Positions 1 through 14,016 of a DNA stretch of 64,000 nucleotides are shown here, one piece after another; within the stretch, counting starts at the first letter, position 1; every line of letters begins with the position of its first letter. The stretch comes from Lingula anatina (Eukaryota; Animalia; Brachiopoda). A model generated the notes under the pieces. It was not told the origin of the DNA. It worked only from the letters and a program-made list of their open reading frames with translations, and searched no databases. Position numbers and translations under genes: made by a program. The stretch covers positions 8,060,001 through 8,124,000 of the forward strand of contig CM120645.1 in NCBI GenBank assembly GCA_051362555.1. The letters are read 5' to 3'.

Positions 1-472
1 GAGAGAGAGAGACCTGCATACATATGCAGACAGTCTGTTGCTTTGTGGATAAAAAAAAAATTAATAACTATGAGTTATTACTGTAATTTGATGAATGATT
101 TGTTAGAATGTATTGTTTTCTTTTCCAAGAAGAACAAAATAGAAGTAACAAAAATAGAACAATGAAGAAATATTTGATACCCGATGAACCATGTACCTCC
201 TTTTAATTTGATCAGTTGATCACGCTTCTTACTCATTCAGCTCCAACTTGAATAGCATCCTGATCTGTTTTCACATTCTGACAAGAATATAGTTGTGAAT
301 CATTGCTTTTGTAATTGTACTAGTAGTTTCTTCATAGCAGAATGTCTACCTGAAGATGCTGTTTGAAAATTAAACATTTTTTTCTTTTCTGTGAAAAAAG
401 TTTTTAAAGAAAATTCATGAACTGTCAAAATTGCTGGATAGCTGATATCCTGAAATTGATCTTAACCCTCCC

Positions 473-503
<31 letters not shown>

Positions 504-699
504 ACACACACTCACATACAACAGCCACCTCAATACATAATACTGTACACTTGATTTGGAGCACCATTAAATTGTTTAGATATTCTATAAAAAAAATAGC
601 AAAGTTAACATGTTTTGAATATTTCCACAGGTTATCTAAGGTTTCTATTTGAAATGCATGCAAAAATTCTATTAGTTGAATATTATATTCACATTCCAG

Positions 700-3600
700 G
701 TCGCCATTATGGCGTAATAAGCTGTGAAGGCTGCAAAGGTTTCTTCAAGCGCAGTATACGGAAACAGCTGGGCTATGCATGTCGAGGAAGTCGAGATTGT
801 CCAATCACAAAACACCATAGAAATCGGTGCCAGTACTGCCGCCTACAGAAGTGTCTTAGAGTTGGAATGCGATCAGAATGTAAGCTGGCACTGATATATT
901 TTTTATTATTATTATTTTATTTATTTAATTTTTTTCCCCCAATTTGCAGCAGGTCAATCTTGGGCTCTTACTGGCATCTATAAGTTTCATCAAGTATTGA
1001 AAAAATTCACTTTGGCCAAAGGAGATGAGATCTTTCTAGACAGTTTTGTTACTTTATCATTCTTTGTTCAAATTTTTGATACTTCTAAAAATTTTCAGCT
1101 TTGTGGCTAAAAAATACATTATGCCAGAATGAGCCTATCGTTACCAAAAAATTGACCTAAATGCAGTAAAGGCATCATCTTACGTGTTTTGATTTATTGC
1201 GCATCAAGATATTATCACTGTATGACATCTATTCCTTACACCTCTGCCTGCTGGGTTCTACTCTGGTGCTTCTCCACATTAAAGATCTATACATGTAACA
1301 TTCTAAGTATGTAACATCCAGAGAGACAACATGATGGCAATCACTATGAAGCAAGTTCAGTTGAAGCATATCTGTGATAATCTGTATATGGAAAGGGGTA
1401 GACTTTATTAAGAATTCGGTAAAATTAGTAATAATTATTTTACTTTCTAGGATCATAATAATAATAGTAATAATAATAATAAAAATAATAATAATAAATT
1501 AAAATCGAGCAGTTTTGGATGTTTTATGGAGAATTTTTGAGTTTATAATTGTTGCCCCAGCCCAATGATCATGAATTTGTAGACTGATTTTTTTTATGCA
1601 AGAAGTCATTTTTGTCAAAATTAACCGTTCAATACCTTATTATATCTTAAGTCAGGCAATTATCAAAGAACGTAATAAGATGTTATGCTGCTCTCTCATC
1701 CCTCTGAATGTCTTTCCTCTTCCTCCCTCTTGTCCCCATCCTCCCCCTAAGTCCCCCTATGGTTTGGATGGATCTTCATTCCTCCCATATAGCAACCATT
1801 ACCTAGAAATTAAAATGAGTTGCTGTTTTTGATATAAAACCCCTACCTTTTTATTTATTAATTTATTAATTTATTTATTTATTTATTTATTTTTTGTTAA
1901 ACAGACATTCTGAATAGAAAATATATGCAGCCTAGTGACAGATTCCATAGCCCAACTTAATCTGTGTTAACTTCATATAATATTTATATATAGTTAGTAA
2001 TAAAGCATAGATAGGGACCGGTGGTGTGTGAGATGAGATTCTCCCTGGATCAGTTTGCAAAACTTGGAATAAGTATTACAATGCAGTTCTTAGTAAAAGC
2101 TACACAATGAGCAGCAAAAGCTCAATTTTCTTGGAAATTTCAACATGTTCCTGTAATCACCCAAGGTATTACTATATCATATCCGAACCTGTTGAGATAA
2201 TTATCATCAATAGATGGCACTGTTGTCAATGTAAGTGTTAGAACAAGGTGGTTATTCAGGGGGAAAGTGTTAAAACTTTTAGGAAAATGAATCTTTGCTG
2301 TATAAAGGTTAAATGTTCATTTAATGCCTTAAAATGATAAGAGCAGACTCTCAACTGTTGTCTTGTCACTACCATGGTAATTCTGCTTGGCATCAGTAAA
2401 TTTGTAGCTGTGAGGAAAACAGCTTTATTTTCTGGAAACTGACAGATTGTAACTTACCAGTCTTAGCCACTTCTTTCATACCGAACCTAGATGTTTTATA
2501 CATACGTATGCCACTCACTGCCGATTAATTTTGCTATCAATGAAATGAGTATAGTATAGTGCTACAATAGATTAATTTAGTTATTAGCCTGCTCTTGTTC
2601 TAAAAAGATTATAGCAATAGCAAACCTGAAGTTTTCCATTTTAGAAATTATAGTTGTATTAGTAGACAGCAATGTGGTTTTTATTCAACTTGGGAGAGAT
2701 GGGACACTGTTTTGAGATTCATTTTAGTCGTTTGAGTGAGTGAGCGTAGTTATAACTTGCTTCTCTAGTGAACCAATGTCTCTCGCCAGCTGTTCAGCAA
2801 GAGAGAAAGCCGCCAGAGACGAGGGAAAAATCGCCTGGAAACATTGCCACGTCCACGCAGAAGATCTACATCAGGAAGGACTTTGGCAGCCCATCTGCAG
2901 CAGTTCCTACTTTTGTTACCACACCCAAGGTATTTAATTAATTAATCATATAATGTATTTATTTATTTTTTTATATACAAACAACACAGAACAAAGCAGT
3001 CTTCTACAAAACTCCCTCAATGTTAAAGGGATAATAACTCTTCGTTTCGGCCAAAAAATGAATTTTCCTGGAGTAAACAACAATTTTCCCATACTTACTA
3101 ATGGTTAATGAATCCATTTTTACATTCAAAGTTAGTCCCTGGTTTTTTTCTAAAAAGTTTGGTTTTTTGTAAAAATCTCTTAAGAGATTATAACAGAGTA
3201 TAGCCTTCAATGGAGGTCACGTGGTCTAAAGACAAGCTCGGATATCCGAATAAGAGCTATAACTGCCGTTTTTGTGGTAAAAAAGAATGTATTATATTTC
3301 TGTGAGTTCTTCACAATGTTTTTATTGTGAAATATAGATCTCATATGAAGAGTTATTATCCCTTTAAGGATATTTAACTGTGCACTAATTAGTGAAGATT
3401 TATAAACACTGCTGACTCGATGTAATATTAAGACTCACCTATTTTGGGCACTTACAAAGTCTAAGAATGTGGCTTTCCAAGCAGAGATTCCCTGTCATCA
3501 ACTCGTTAGCAAGTGCTTAATCTGTATAGTGAATAGAATAGAAGTTGCTCCAAATAGTAGTCATAGATGCACAGATAAATAGACAAACTAACACCAGTCT

Positions 3601-6600
3601 CTTCTGTCATTTTGTAATAAGCTGGTCTTTTCACTGTTGCATTGTAGGGTAAAGTTGGGGAGAACTTACTTGCCAACATGCAGGAGCGGTTGGTTCAGAC
3701 TGACCAAGGAGTGGCAGTGATCAGCCCGCAGGTGCTTGGGGTGTCCGCATCAAATGCAGGTAATACTGATTGGGTTGGAGTGACCTATAGATCGATTGTG
3801 TCAGAGTGACCGCTGGCCTGAATGGGTCAGAGTGACCGCTGGCCTCATTAGGTCAGAATGACTGCGAGACTGATTGTGTCAGAGTGACCACTGGTCTGAT
3901 TGGGTCAGGGTGACCTTCAGACTGATTGTGTAAGAGTGACTGCAAGCCTGAATGGGTCAAAGCGACCTTCAGACTGATTGTCAGAGTGACTGCCAGCTTG
4001 ATGGGTTCAAGAGTTAACTGATTTGTTAATTTATCATTTCCTGCTTAAATTCCAATTCAGGAGCAAAGCTCTGGCATATATTACTTATGACTTTGTAACT
4101 TATATATATGGCACTTAATTTTAATATTCAACCTAATACAATCAATTGTATGCATCATGCCATGTTTTGTCTTTAATTATTAAATTGAAACTTCACATAT
4201 ACCATATTTCCAGACCTCAGCACACTGGCTAGTGTGGTCACCACCTTGGCGACCATGGGCAAGGAGAAGGAAGACGAGAACAACTCGGAACTCAATGTTC
4301 CCATGGCAACACCAAATGGTGACACCGGTGATGGGAATGACTCTGTAGCCAAGGCGTTTGACACCCTGGCCAAGGCCATCCAGCAGGCCCCCATGGTGAA
4401 CTCTACAGATAATTTGGTAGGTAATAGGTTGGCCATAAATGAAGTGTATGTGATGTAGGAGCACAAGTGGATGTTATGTATGTTTTTTAAGCAAGTGGTG
4501 TATCTCATTTATAACATGGTGAATATGAAGAACAAGACACAGTTGTGGTGTAGCTGGCATTCATTTGTGCCATTTATCCCTTCATGGGAACACATTCTTA
4601 GGTAAATCTATTTCAAAGATTTCAAATAATCTCTATGCTTTAACTAAAAAAAATTAGCTTTAACTAAAAAAGCTTTAATTTGGTATTAACAGCTTATAGA
4701 CCAGTAGCTGGGTGACTCGAGTGTAGCTCAGGGGTTTTCTTTTGATTCAAGTTTGGGCAACTATTACTGTAACAATACAAAACCAATGCATGATAATTCA
4801 ATTTTTTAATAAAAACAACAATGATTGTTAAACTGAAGAAATACTATTGTGCAAAAAAAAAAAAATTAATTACTCTACCCAGTTTTAATTGTTTTTTCAC
4901 AGGTTGGTAGCAGTGAGCATAGTAATAATGACAGCTTAGAAGGTAAGTTAAATGACGATTAAATAACGTTATGCAAAAATATCAGTTTTTATTATGATAC
5001 TTTGCCTGCAAATAATGATTGTGGCAAGATATAAAAAAGTTAAATTAAGCTCACAGGTTAGATACAACTCAGAAAGATCTGTTAAACAGTAATACAACAG
5101 TGAACATCATGTCTCAGAATGGTGAAAATTTAAATAAATAAAATTAAATTTTGATATTAAATATCAAGTTATAAATTATTTATTTGTTTGTTTGTTCGCC
5201 TTCCTGCCTGTCTGTCTAATCTGTTTGAGAATATATTTATTGTAGGACCTATTTTGATGGATAACAACTTCCAGTTCAACCTTACGACTCCGTCCCCCAT
5301 GCCCACCTATCTGAATGTGCACTACATCTGCGAGAGCGCATCACGTTTGCTCTTCTTGTCCATGCATTGGGCAAAGGCTGTGCCCGCATTTGCAGCTTTA
5401 AGGTAAGTACCATGTCATTTAGAGGATTTATAATATATACACTTTGTTTCAGAGCTAAAGCCTATATTTCAGGTGCAGTTTACAGTATATATACTCTTTT
5501 GAATGTGCTCAAAATCTGCTTATTATTAAGAACCCTATGTTTTATGTCTTTGTCCTTCATTGGGAGAATGTTGTGGCAGCTTTTACAGCATTATGGGAAG
5601 TGATATGTTTTAGTAAGGGATTCAGATGTGCTTCAAGGCTGTGAAGGGATTTTGATCTTGTCCAGCAGTGGGCAAAACTTGTGTCAGCTTTTGCAGCATT
5701 ATATTTGAATCTGAATTCCACTTACTAGGCTGTGAGTGTGCATTATGTTTATTGTCATGGAACAGCAGAAGGAAATTTTTAATGCATTATGATTTGGTAT
5801 AATTAAAAAGTGATGATACTGAAAAAATATATTTTAAATACAAGTGCTTGATGGTGAGATTTAATACTGAGAATTCTAATAAAAAAAAGCAGTAAAAGAG
5901 TCAATTCGGCTCAAATTTCTAAAAAATAAAAACTTGTTTTCTGAAGTTTATATATTTTCTGCTTGAGCCCAGGCGGGCAAAATATTAATCTCTTCTTTTT
6001 GATGTTGGGGATCAAGGTAGTTTGCCTTAGAAAATGTGCAGAAATTCACTTTCACAGTTTCTCTTTATGAAGCCATTTTTGATAATTTAGTAATTACGCA
6101 CAATTTCTTTTCCAGCCCAGACATTCAGAATGTCATTGTGCGTTCGTGCTGGAGTGAGTTGTTTACACTTGGCCTGGCGCAGTGTGCCCACGTGATGGCC
6201 CTATCCACCATACTGACGGCCATAGTTAGTCACTTACAGACCAGAGTACAGCAAGGTATAGTTTATATTGTATAGCTACTATATTGACTGCCAATATTTT
6301 TTTCCAGTATTTTATGGTGAGGGTCTGTACTCTTGGATATAGGGATAAAGGAATGTGAATAACTCTTAGTTTATCTCCTGTAGTGTGAGTTTATCACTGA
6401 TGCATTTCTATATACACACACTGGACCATACAGTAGTGCAGAGGACAACATAAAAGCAGAGTCAGACACAAGCACACTCACACGTGTGCTCACACATGTG
6501 CCCATACACACACATACATTATTGTCACGAAAAAAAAAAAAAAAACTTTCAGTGGAAGGAGAATTTTTTGACCACTAGTCATTTGTACTTCCAGACAAGC

Positions 6601-8350
6601 TTGCTGCAGACCATGTGAAGGCAGTCTCAGAACACATCATGAAGCTACAGATGTATGTCCAGGTGTTACAGGGGATGCAGGTGGACGCTGAGGAGTATGC
6701 CTATCTCAAGGCACTGGTGCTCTTTAACACAGGTAACACACCAGCTTGGAATGGGGAGGGGGGGGGATGGATAAAAATACAGGATATAATATATGTGGAT
6801 GGGTGAAGGGGGTAGATGGGTGGAGATGGATAAAAATACAAGATATAATATATGTGGATGGGTGAAGGGGGTAGATGGGTGGGGATGGATAAAAATACAG
6901 GATATAATATATGTGAATGGGTGAAGGGAGTAGATGGGTGGAGATGGATAAAAGTACAGGATATAATATATGTGGATGGGTGAAGGGGGTAGATGGGTGG
7001 GGATGGATAAAAATACAGGATATAATATATGTGAATGGGTGAAGGGAGTAGATGGGTGGGGATGGATAAAAGTACAGGATATAATACATGTGGATGGGTG
7101 AAGGGAGTAGATGGGTGGGGATGGATAAAAATACAGGATATAATATATGTGAATGGGTGAAGGGAGTAGATGGGTGGGGATGGATAAAAAATACAGGATA
7201 TAATATATGTGAATGGGTTGAAGGGAGTAGATGGGTGGGGATGGATAAAAGTACAGGATATAATATATCTTGATGGGTGAAGGGGGTAGATGGGTGGGGA
7301 TGGATAAAAGTACAGGATATAATATATCTTGATGGGTTGAAGGGAGTAGATGGGTGGGGATGGATAAAAGTACAGGATATAATATATGTTGATGGGTGAA
7401 GGGGGTAGATGGGTGGGGATGGATAAATGGGGTGATTTCAGGATCAGTACCTTGTTGTGGATGAATGGGTGGGTGAAGTCAGGAAAGATGGGTTAAGGGA
7501 TGGGTGGACAGACAAATAGAATTGGGGGCAGGGGCTGAGAGAGAGGGGTTGTGGAGTTTCTTAGTGTTAGATTTGGAAAAAAATTAAAACTTGAATAGAG
7601 GCAGCATTTATCAGAATACAAAGTTAGTGTAGTGTAACTGCTATAGGTGTGCCACAAAGGCAAGTATGTTGAAGTAATGATTGCTATATAGCTATGATGA
7701 ATTCAATATGAATTGTTTCACTTGTGACTACAACATACCCTGTATTTTTATCCCAGTTTGTTACTTTGAAATCCCCCTTAGGATGCCTGATATTTGATGT
7801 AACTAGCATTGGTTTGTAAATTTGACAGCTTTGCTGCTTTGTATTTAATGCCCACTTTTCCTTCTAAATTCCCATTCTTTGTACTCTTCCAGACAGTCCC
7901 AGTTTGTCTCACCAACAGTTCCGCCAAGTGGAGAAGGTGCAAGAAAAAGTCTACCACGAATTAGAGGCATACGAAGAGGCCAAGTCCCAATCAAACTCAC
8001 ACAGAGACCGGTACTCCAAGTTATTACTGAGGCTCCCAGCCCTGCGCTCCTTGAGCCCCAGCATCATGGAGGAACTGTTCTTTGCTGGTTTGATTGGTAG
8101 TGTACAGATAGATAGTATAATTCCGTACATACTCCGCATGGAGACGACGGAGTACCATGGACCCGGTGTGGCAGCGGCAGCCTCTGTGGCAGCCTCCGTT
8201 GGCGTGACGTCCTCCCCCGGACCACAGGAAGTGGTCACTGCAATACCCACGGACGGTCAGCAGCAACATATGTATACAACGTCCACTGGGCAGCAAGTCA
8301 TGGTCACTGGTGGTCAGCAGTATGCTACAGCTGTTTCTATGGATACATAA
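700..8350 (+). CDS. NR2C2: Orphan nuclear receptor TR2/TR4 (NR2C family), 5'-partial, 9 exons in window
   Basis: Phase-consistent GT-AG exons: 700-879, 2790-2929, 3648-3759, 4214-4416, 4903-4942, 5246-5402, 6116-6255, 6595-6732, 7893-8350 (TAA). DNA-binding domain [54 protein letters not shown]4-like hinge SVQQERKP...[10 protein letters not shown] and [13 protein letters not shown]. Ligand-binding domain [61 protein letters not shown]...[25 protein letters not shown]. The start of the first zinc finger is upstream of the window. NR2C1 vs NR2C2 cannot be separated (probably a single invertebrate co-ortholog). Confidence 0.95.
3765..4015. repeat. 26-bp minisatellite (~9-10 units) made of GGTCA-n3-TGACC (ERE-like IR3) palindromes, in an NR2C intron
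   Basis: Palindrome cores start at 3799, 3825, 3851, 3877, 3903, 3929, 3955 and 3979. Perfect GGTCAnnnTGACC at 3825-3837 and 3903-3915. Confidence 0.85.
6762..7427. repeat. 59-bp G-rich minisatellite, ~11 copies, in an NR2C intron
   Basis: Unit ~GGATAAAAATACAGGATATAATATATGTGGATGGGTGAAGGGGGTAGATGGGTGGGGAT, recurring every 59-60 bp from 6769. Confidence 0.95.
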
Positions 8351-8398
8351 GGTGCCATGGTAACAGTTTCTATGGATACCCAAGGTGCCATGGTAACA
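8333..8398 (+). repeat. 33-bp tandem duplication straddling the NR2C stop codon, built from X-box-like palindromes
   Basis: GTTTCTATGGATACATAAGGTGCCATGGTAACA followed by GTTTCTATGGATACCCAAGGTGCCATGGTAACA. Confidence 0.9.
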
Positions 8399-11300
8399 GT
8401 AAGCCTGCTACTTTGGATACTGAAGGGAAACCATAAATGACTTGCCCAGTAACGTGGCTAACTGTAGTTCTGTATACTTGCTACTATAGAGAATGAAAAA
8501 CATAGATAACTGTCCATTTGCTGTAATGGGCACATCTGAAAGCTTGTTACCATGGAAATGTAAGTTTTGTAATAGTGGATATATATAAGACAATGAAGAA
8601 GATAAAACAGACTAATGGCAAATGAATGTCAACCTATTTTTACCATATTGTTAAAACTTTCATTCACAATTCAGAATACAACTGCCTGGTTGTATTTTCA
8701 CAATTTATGCCATTTGAAAAGATTTAATTATCAAATCATTCATTAGCAAGTTCCAGTATAAAAGAAGCCTAAATGCTTTAATTGATGTGCTAACCTGGCA
8801 GTTGCCTGGGATATTTTGAACAGATTATGCGATTGCTTGGCATTGTGAATGCTAATACTTGCTGTAAAAAAAAAAAGGGGGTGTAGTATAATTTGCATCA
8901 AGTTTGCATGATCTTTTATGGAGGCAGTCTTAGCGATCTCTTCAAGCAGAATACAAGGTATTTTATGTTTTGCCCTTGTTTTTGTTAGTTGATTGATTTT
9001 TACTATTTATCATAGTACTGGTGAAAAAGAGAATGTTGTATTTAATGCAAGATCCGTGCATGTTTTTTATTGTCAATTTATTTGTGCTGTATAGAGGCCC
9101 TAGGTCTAGAAAATTGTGTAGATATTTTTATCGGCAAGTTTTCCTTTTGATTTTTTTAAATAATGTATTATCCTAACAAAGTGTATATTAAATGTGCTGT
9201 ATTATAGTTCCATATTTCTCTATTGCGATTTAGAATAATGGCAGAACAAGGAAAGTTGTCCCTAAGATGCGCAAGGGGACGGGACCAAGTTGAATAGTAA
9301 TATTATGATCTATTTCTGATACACTTAGTTTGCCAATTCTCTTCTTCTTATTATTATCAGTGGAACAGTATGGAATTGCTTTTGTTGTATAGCACGGTGA
9401 TTTTTAGAATATATTTTATCATTCATGTTTTGTAACTTTGTCCCCCGTTTCCCTTACTGTGTTTCTACTTCAATAATGCAGATACCAAATAAGAGGGGAG
9501 GACAAGATAATGCTAAGGTCGCATTTTCAGCCAAGTTGGGATGGCTTATCCTACAACAGCTTAACTCGTGTTTTGTATAATTGTGATTTCTTACCATAAC
9601 AACAGCTTGGCATGGAACACAACTTAACCAAATTACGAAGGCATCAATGGGCTAAATTAATTCCCAATTAAACTGTCTTCCGTGTAGTTCAATCTAATTA
9701 AGCAGGGCCTTCATCCCTCCTCCTGACATTGTCTAGCATACAGGTGATTATACAAGTAGGTTGGAAGCAAGAGGAGGCGCGTTAATCTGTTAAACTGATT
9801 GCATTCAGCCAGAATACCTGCCGAGTTGGATCTACTTTTATAAGATGGTAGTTTCATTGAAAATGTGCCCAGTGAGACAACAGAGGGATTAGATTGGTTT
9901 CATATTCTAAGCTTAGGCAGCGTTTTATTAAGTTAAGTTATTAAACTCGGCTGTTGATGTTGCTATGGACACTCTTGTTAGGTGCAGGTCATCTTTTAAT
10001 GTGCCACCAGTTCAAGGTATTTGTAGAATGAGGAATACAATAAATATATAAACTGTATTTTAAGATATGTACACACTAGAATTCATCACTTTTGGTGGCT
10101 TATTATTGTGATTTCCTAACCATATCAGTAACTTGGCGTTGGAGCTAGGGCCCGTAGGGGCTTTATTTCAAATACAGTGGCAGCGGAGTTGACATGAAGG
10201 AGATCTGATTGCCTCTTTGTGGTTAGAAATTATAACTGTTATACAGTTTCTGGTCCTTTTTATTGCCATCACAGAATCAGATATGTTTATGAAAATTTGT
10301 ACAAATTAGGTAAGAAGAACCCACTTCAAGATATCCACCCAAACATGACCACTTTCTTTGTAATCATACCTTGGAACTCTCTGAAAAGTAACAAAAACAA
10401 CCCCCATGCTTGTTATTTTATCAAACCTGTAAGAATTTTACTGAATTGGATTAAATGGCCAGTCGTGATTAAGCTTGTAGAATGGAGTCGTTTGTCACTG
10501 TGAAAGGGAATATACCATAACTTTTTCATATTTTGTGTAAAACAGACAGTCCTTTCTGGGTTGTTAGGTGGTTCTTGTTGACAGCATTATACAACTGAGA
10601 CGAAAATTTTGGTCTAAAAGTGAGACTGGCCCTTATAAGGTACAAGAAATGTTTTTGTCATTATTGTGTGGTAGATGATGTCACTTCTTTAAATATTGAA
10701 TGTGTAAAGAGCTAGCTTCCCCTAGTTGTATCAAGGATTTTTACAGTTACAGGTAATGTAATGCAATTCTCAATTTGTAAGAAATTAATTATATTATAAG
10801 ATGGTGTATAAACATAGGAGTGTTATCATAAGCATATATATAACATATAATGTTAAGGTTTTGCTTGTCGTCAATTTAATTGCAACTGTCATTTAATGAC
10901 ACTGAATAATGGTAGGATTTTGTATCTTGTAAAAAGAAAATAGAAGAGACCATGATCATGAGTCTGTGTTTCCACCTCAACTGTGTTTTCTCTCTTCAAA
11001 AAGTTAAAATTTTGCTTAAAGGAGTCATGATTAAAGCAAGATAGGGTTAAGTTGATTCCTTGGAGTTTCATTTGCGTCTCTCTCACTCTGTTTCTCATTT
11101 GGCATGTCTCTGTTTGGCAAAAGAACTTATGGAGTAGAAAGTTAGTCTGAACTTTGAGAATGAAATTGCTGTTTTATTTTTTGCAGGATTTTATCTGAAT
11201 GCAAAAGTAAGCAATCCTGTACAATTTCATTTTATAAAACTAGACCAATAGCTTCTTTTTAGGGGTACTATTAATGTTTGATCCTAAGCTGGTCAAAACA

Positions 11301-14016
11301 GTAATTTTTTTTTCTTTTTTTTTTTTTTTTTTTTTTGCTCTTGAAATAAAAAAAAAATTGAGCATAGTTCTTATCAAGTAAGGCCCACGAGCATAGATGT
11401 TCGATTCAGTTCAGTGTCTCCAGAAAATGACCTTGAAATATTTTTGACTATATAGTAAGAAATTATCAACATCATGTATTTCTTGTCCCTTGGAGCAAAA
11501 CATTATTGAGGCGGTGCCTTGTGTGGTTTATTTGATGATGACTCTGCCGAAATAGGAAAGATAACAGTGTAATAAATAGTGTTAACAATATCATGCGATA
11601 AATGTAAAAAATAAAATCGCAATATGTCAATGGTACAGTGATGCCAAGAGAGAAGCACTTGAAGTGCTCTTTAAATTTATTGCTTATGATACATGCAGGG
11701 TGGCAAGTTCACATTTTTGGAGATATTTCTATTTTTCCCTTGAAGAAAAAATAGCAATTTTTTGTGTCATTTCATGTGGATAATAGAAAATACAATAATC
11801 TAGAGTTTGTGGATACCTTGAACTGTTTATAGAATTTCTAAATACTTGGGCGTAAGCTATAGTATGCATTATCTGGCTAAAGTGGAACACTTCTTGTTGC
11901 AATAAGATTGTGAGGTGCACTACAAGTAAATGAACACAGTTAGTGGACAGTGATGGCTTCAGGGGTGTTTATAGGATATCTTTGCAGTAGAATAATTCCT
12001 ATTTTTGTTATACTTTAGCAACAAAATTTCTATTTTCTCCATTTTTCTGAATTCTTTATTTCCTTCTTTCTGAAGGTCTGTTTTAATTTGACACCCTGCA
12101 TTTGTTTTTAAGCTGATTTTAAATCTCTTGGATTATGGGTTCTTTGGCATTTTTTGCTTGCATCAATGTAAAATTATTTATTAAGGAAAATCTTTGATTA
12201 CTGGTTGAATGGCCCCGCTCTGTTTTATTGTTGGAATAATTCATTGGTTTAGAAGGTGTAGTTTGTAACAGAAATAGCTGTTGTAAGGTTCATTTTACAT
12301 TTGTCTTTGATGGTCAGTGGCTGTTCTGAAGTAAAAAATCTGCATCTATTATGCTAAATATATTAATAGATGATAACTGCTTTTTATGGGAAAATATACT
12401 ATTACTGTTTTTTATATTTAATTATCATTTTTCATATATTTATTTATTTATTTATTTCATTTCATTTTAAAATTAATTTCCACCAACCAGCTCATTAATT
12501 TTCATCACATTAAAATGTGAAAAGAGAGAGGGTTGGGGTGTTCAAAGACAACTCACACTTTGTGAGCCTGTACTGTATTTACATAGTGTGTTATTTGTGA
12601 TGCTCGTTTATTAACTGGAGGAAAACAACATTGGTCCCTGATTGTGATAAATGGAGGAAAAGAAAGTCTTATAGATTTATTGTAACGGAATTGGCAGCAT
12701 CTACGTGGAGTAATAATTATTATAATAATAGTGATGAAGATAATTGATATTATGATTATAAACAAATTTGGAACCATATGCAGAGTTCTTTTATCATTGT
12801 TGTTTTTTTACAGGTTTTTTTACATGTTTTTGATTTTTCAATTTTCACTCAATTTTGTTTTATTTTATTTATATATTTTTTTATCATTTACTTAATAATT
12901 GAAATTTTTTTCTTACTCTAGATACAGAGAAATGCTCTCTTTGGTAAAAGAAGTTCAACAATCAGAATAATTACGATCATTTTCACGTAATAAGTAACTA
13001 CTTTTTGTAGTATTTCTCTAAAATTTTTGTATTCAATTTGGTTGCCTTATCAGTGCAAAACCACGTTAATTTTATAACTTAACTGGGTAGTTTATTGTTG
13101 TAAAAGTTTTGATCAAATTTGAAAATTGGCAAAGATTAATGTCAAGATATTAATAACTAGAGGATCAGATATTTTACCACGTGGTCCAGTGAGATTAAGT
13201 TCAAAAGTAATTCGAATTCCAAATTAAGACTCCCAATATGATTTCCTATTAATTAACAAATAAATAGAATTAGAAGGTGAAAAGAATACCATTCAAAAGA
13301 AAATTCCAGAAAAAAAAAAAGATATCAGAATAGACCGGCAAACACAACATCGCTACGTCACGGTGGACCTATTTCATATACATTATCCACTCGACAACAC
13401 AATCAAAAAAGATATCAGCATTTTACAATTAAACACAATTTGTAATGCAGAATAAAGATTAAATAAAAACTGACGGAGAACCAAAAAAAACATCAAAAAT
13501 GTATTTGAACCTTGATCTATTCCCCGTCATCATAAAAACGTGCCCTTCTCGTTTCACTTCTACAAGGTTCTATAGTTCGTTTTCAAGCAGCTGTGTATAG
13601 GGTTTCGATAAACTACTTAACGTGAACATGAAATGTCAAATCTCACAAATGCGCTTTATTTCTCAAAGATGGTTTCTTTCCCACATGCATTTAAACTTTT
13701 ATGTTATCAAAATTCTCAACATGCGCCCTTTGTAGTAATAAGAGATCTTTGAAGGCAGAGGTTGATTCCATTTTATCATTCATGATTCACAATTCTTGAA
13801 AAATTACAATGATAATTGAATTCCACAAAAATTAATTAATCAGCTATGACTGATTGTAATTCACATTTTGGCCAAATACTATGACAATTTATTTCACATG
13901 AGAACAGGACAAGGCATTCAAAGGAGTTGGAAACAAAAATCAAAGAAAAACGAAAGCAACAGAGTGATCGGCATAATGTCTTGTGTTATTGGTCCTTTCT
14001 TCTGTGCCCACAAGGA

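Noticed and set aside
6724-7273. ORFs of 121 and 61 aa
   Set aside because: Translations of the 59-bp minisatellite.
7951-8383. Antisense ORFs over NR2C exons (also 4173-4508) and over archaemetzincin (27859-29069)
   Set aside because: Shadows of real coding exons with no independent motifs.
9260-9460. Weak inverted complementarity in the NR2C 3' UTR as a structured RNA element
   Set aside because: Short, gapped pairing compatible with chance. No recognisable ncRNA, tRNA or SECIS signature.
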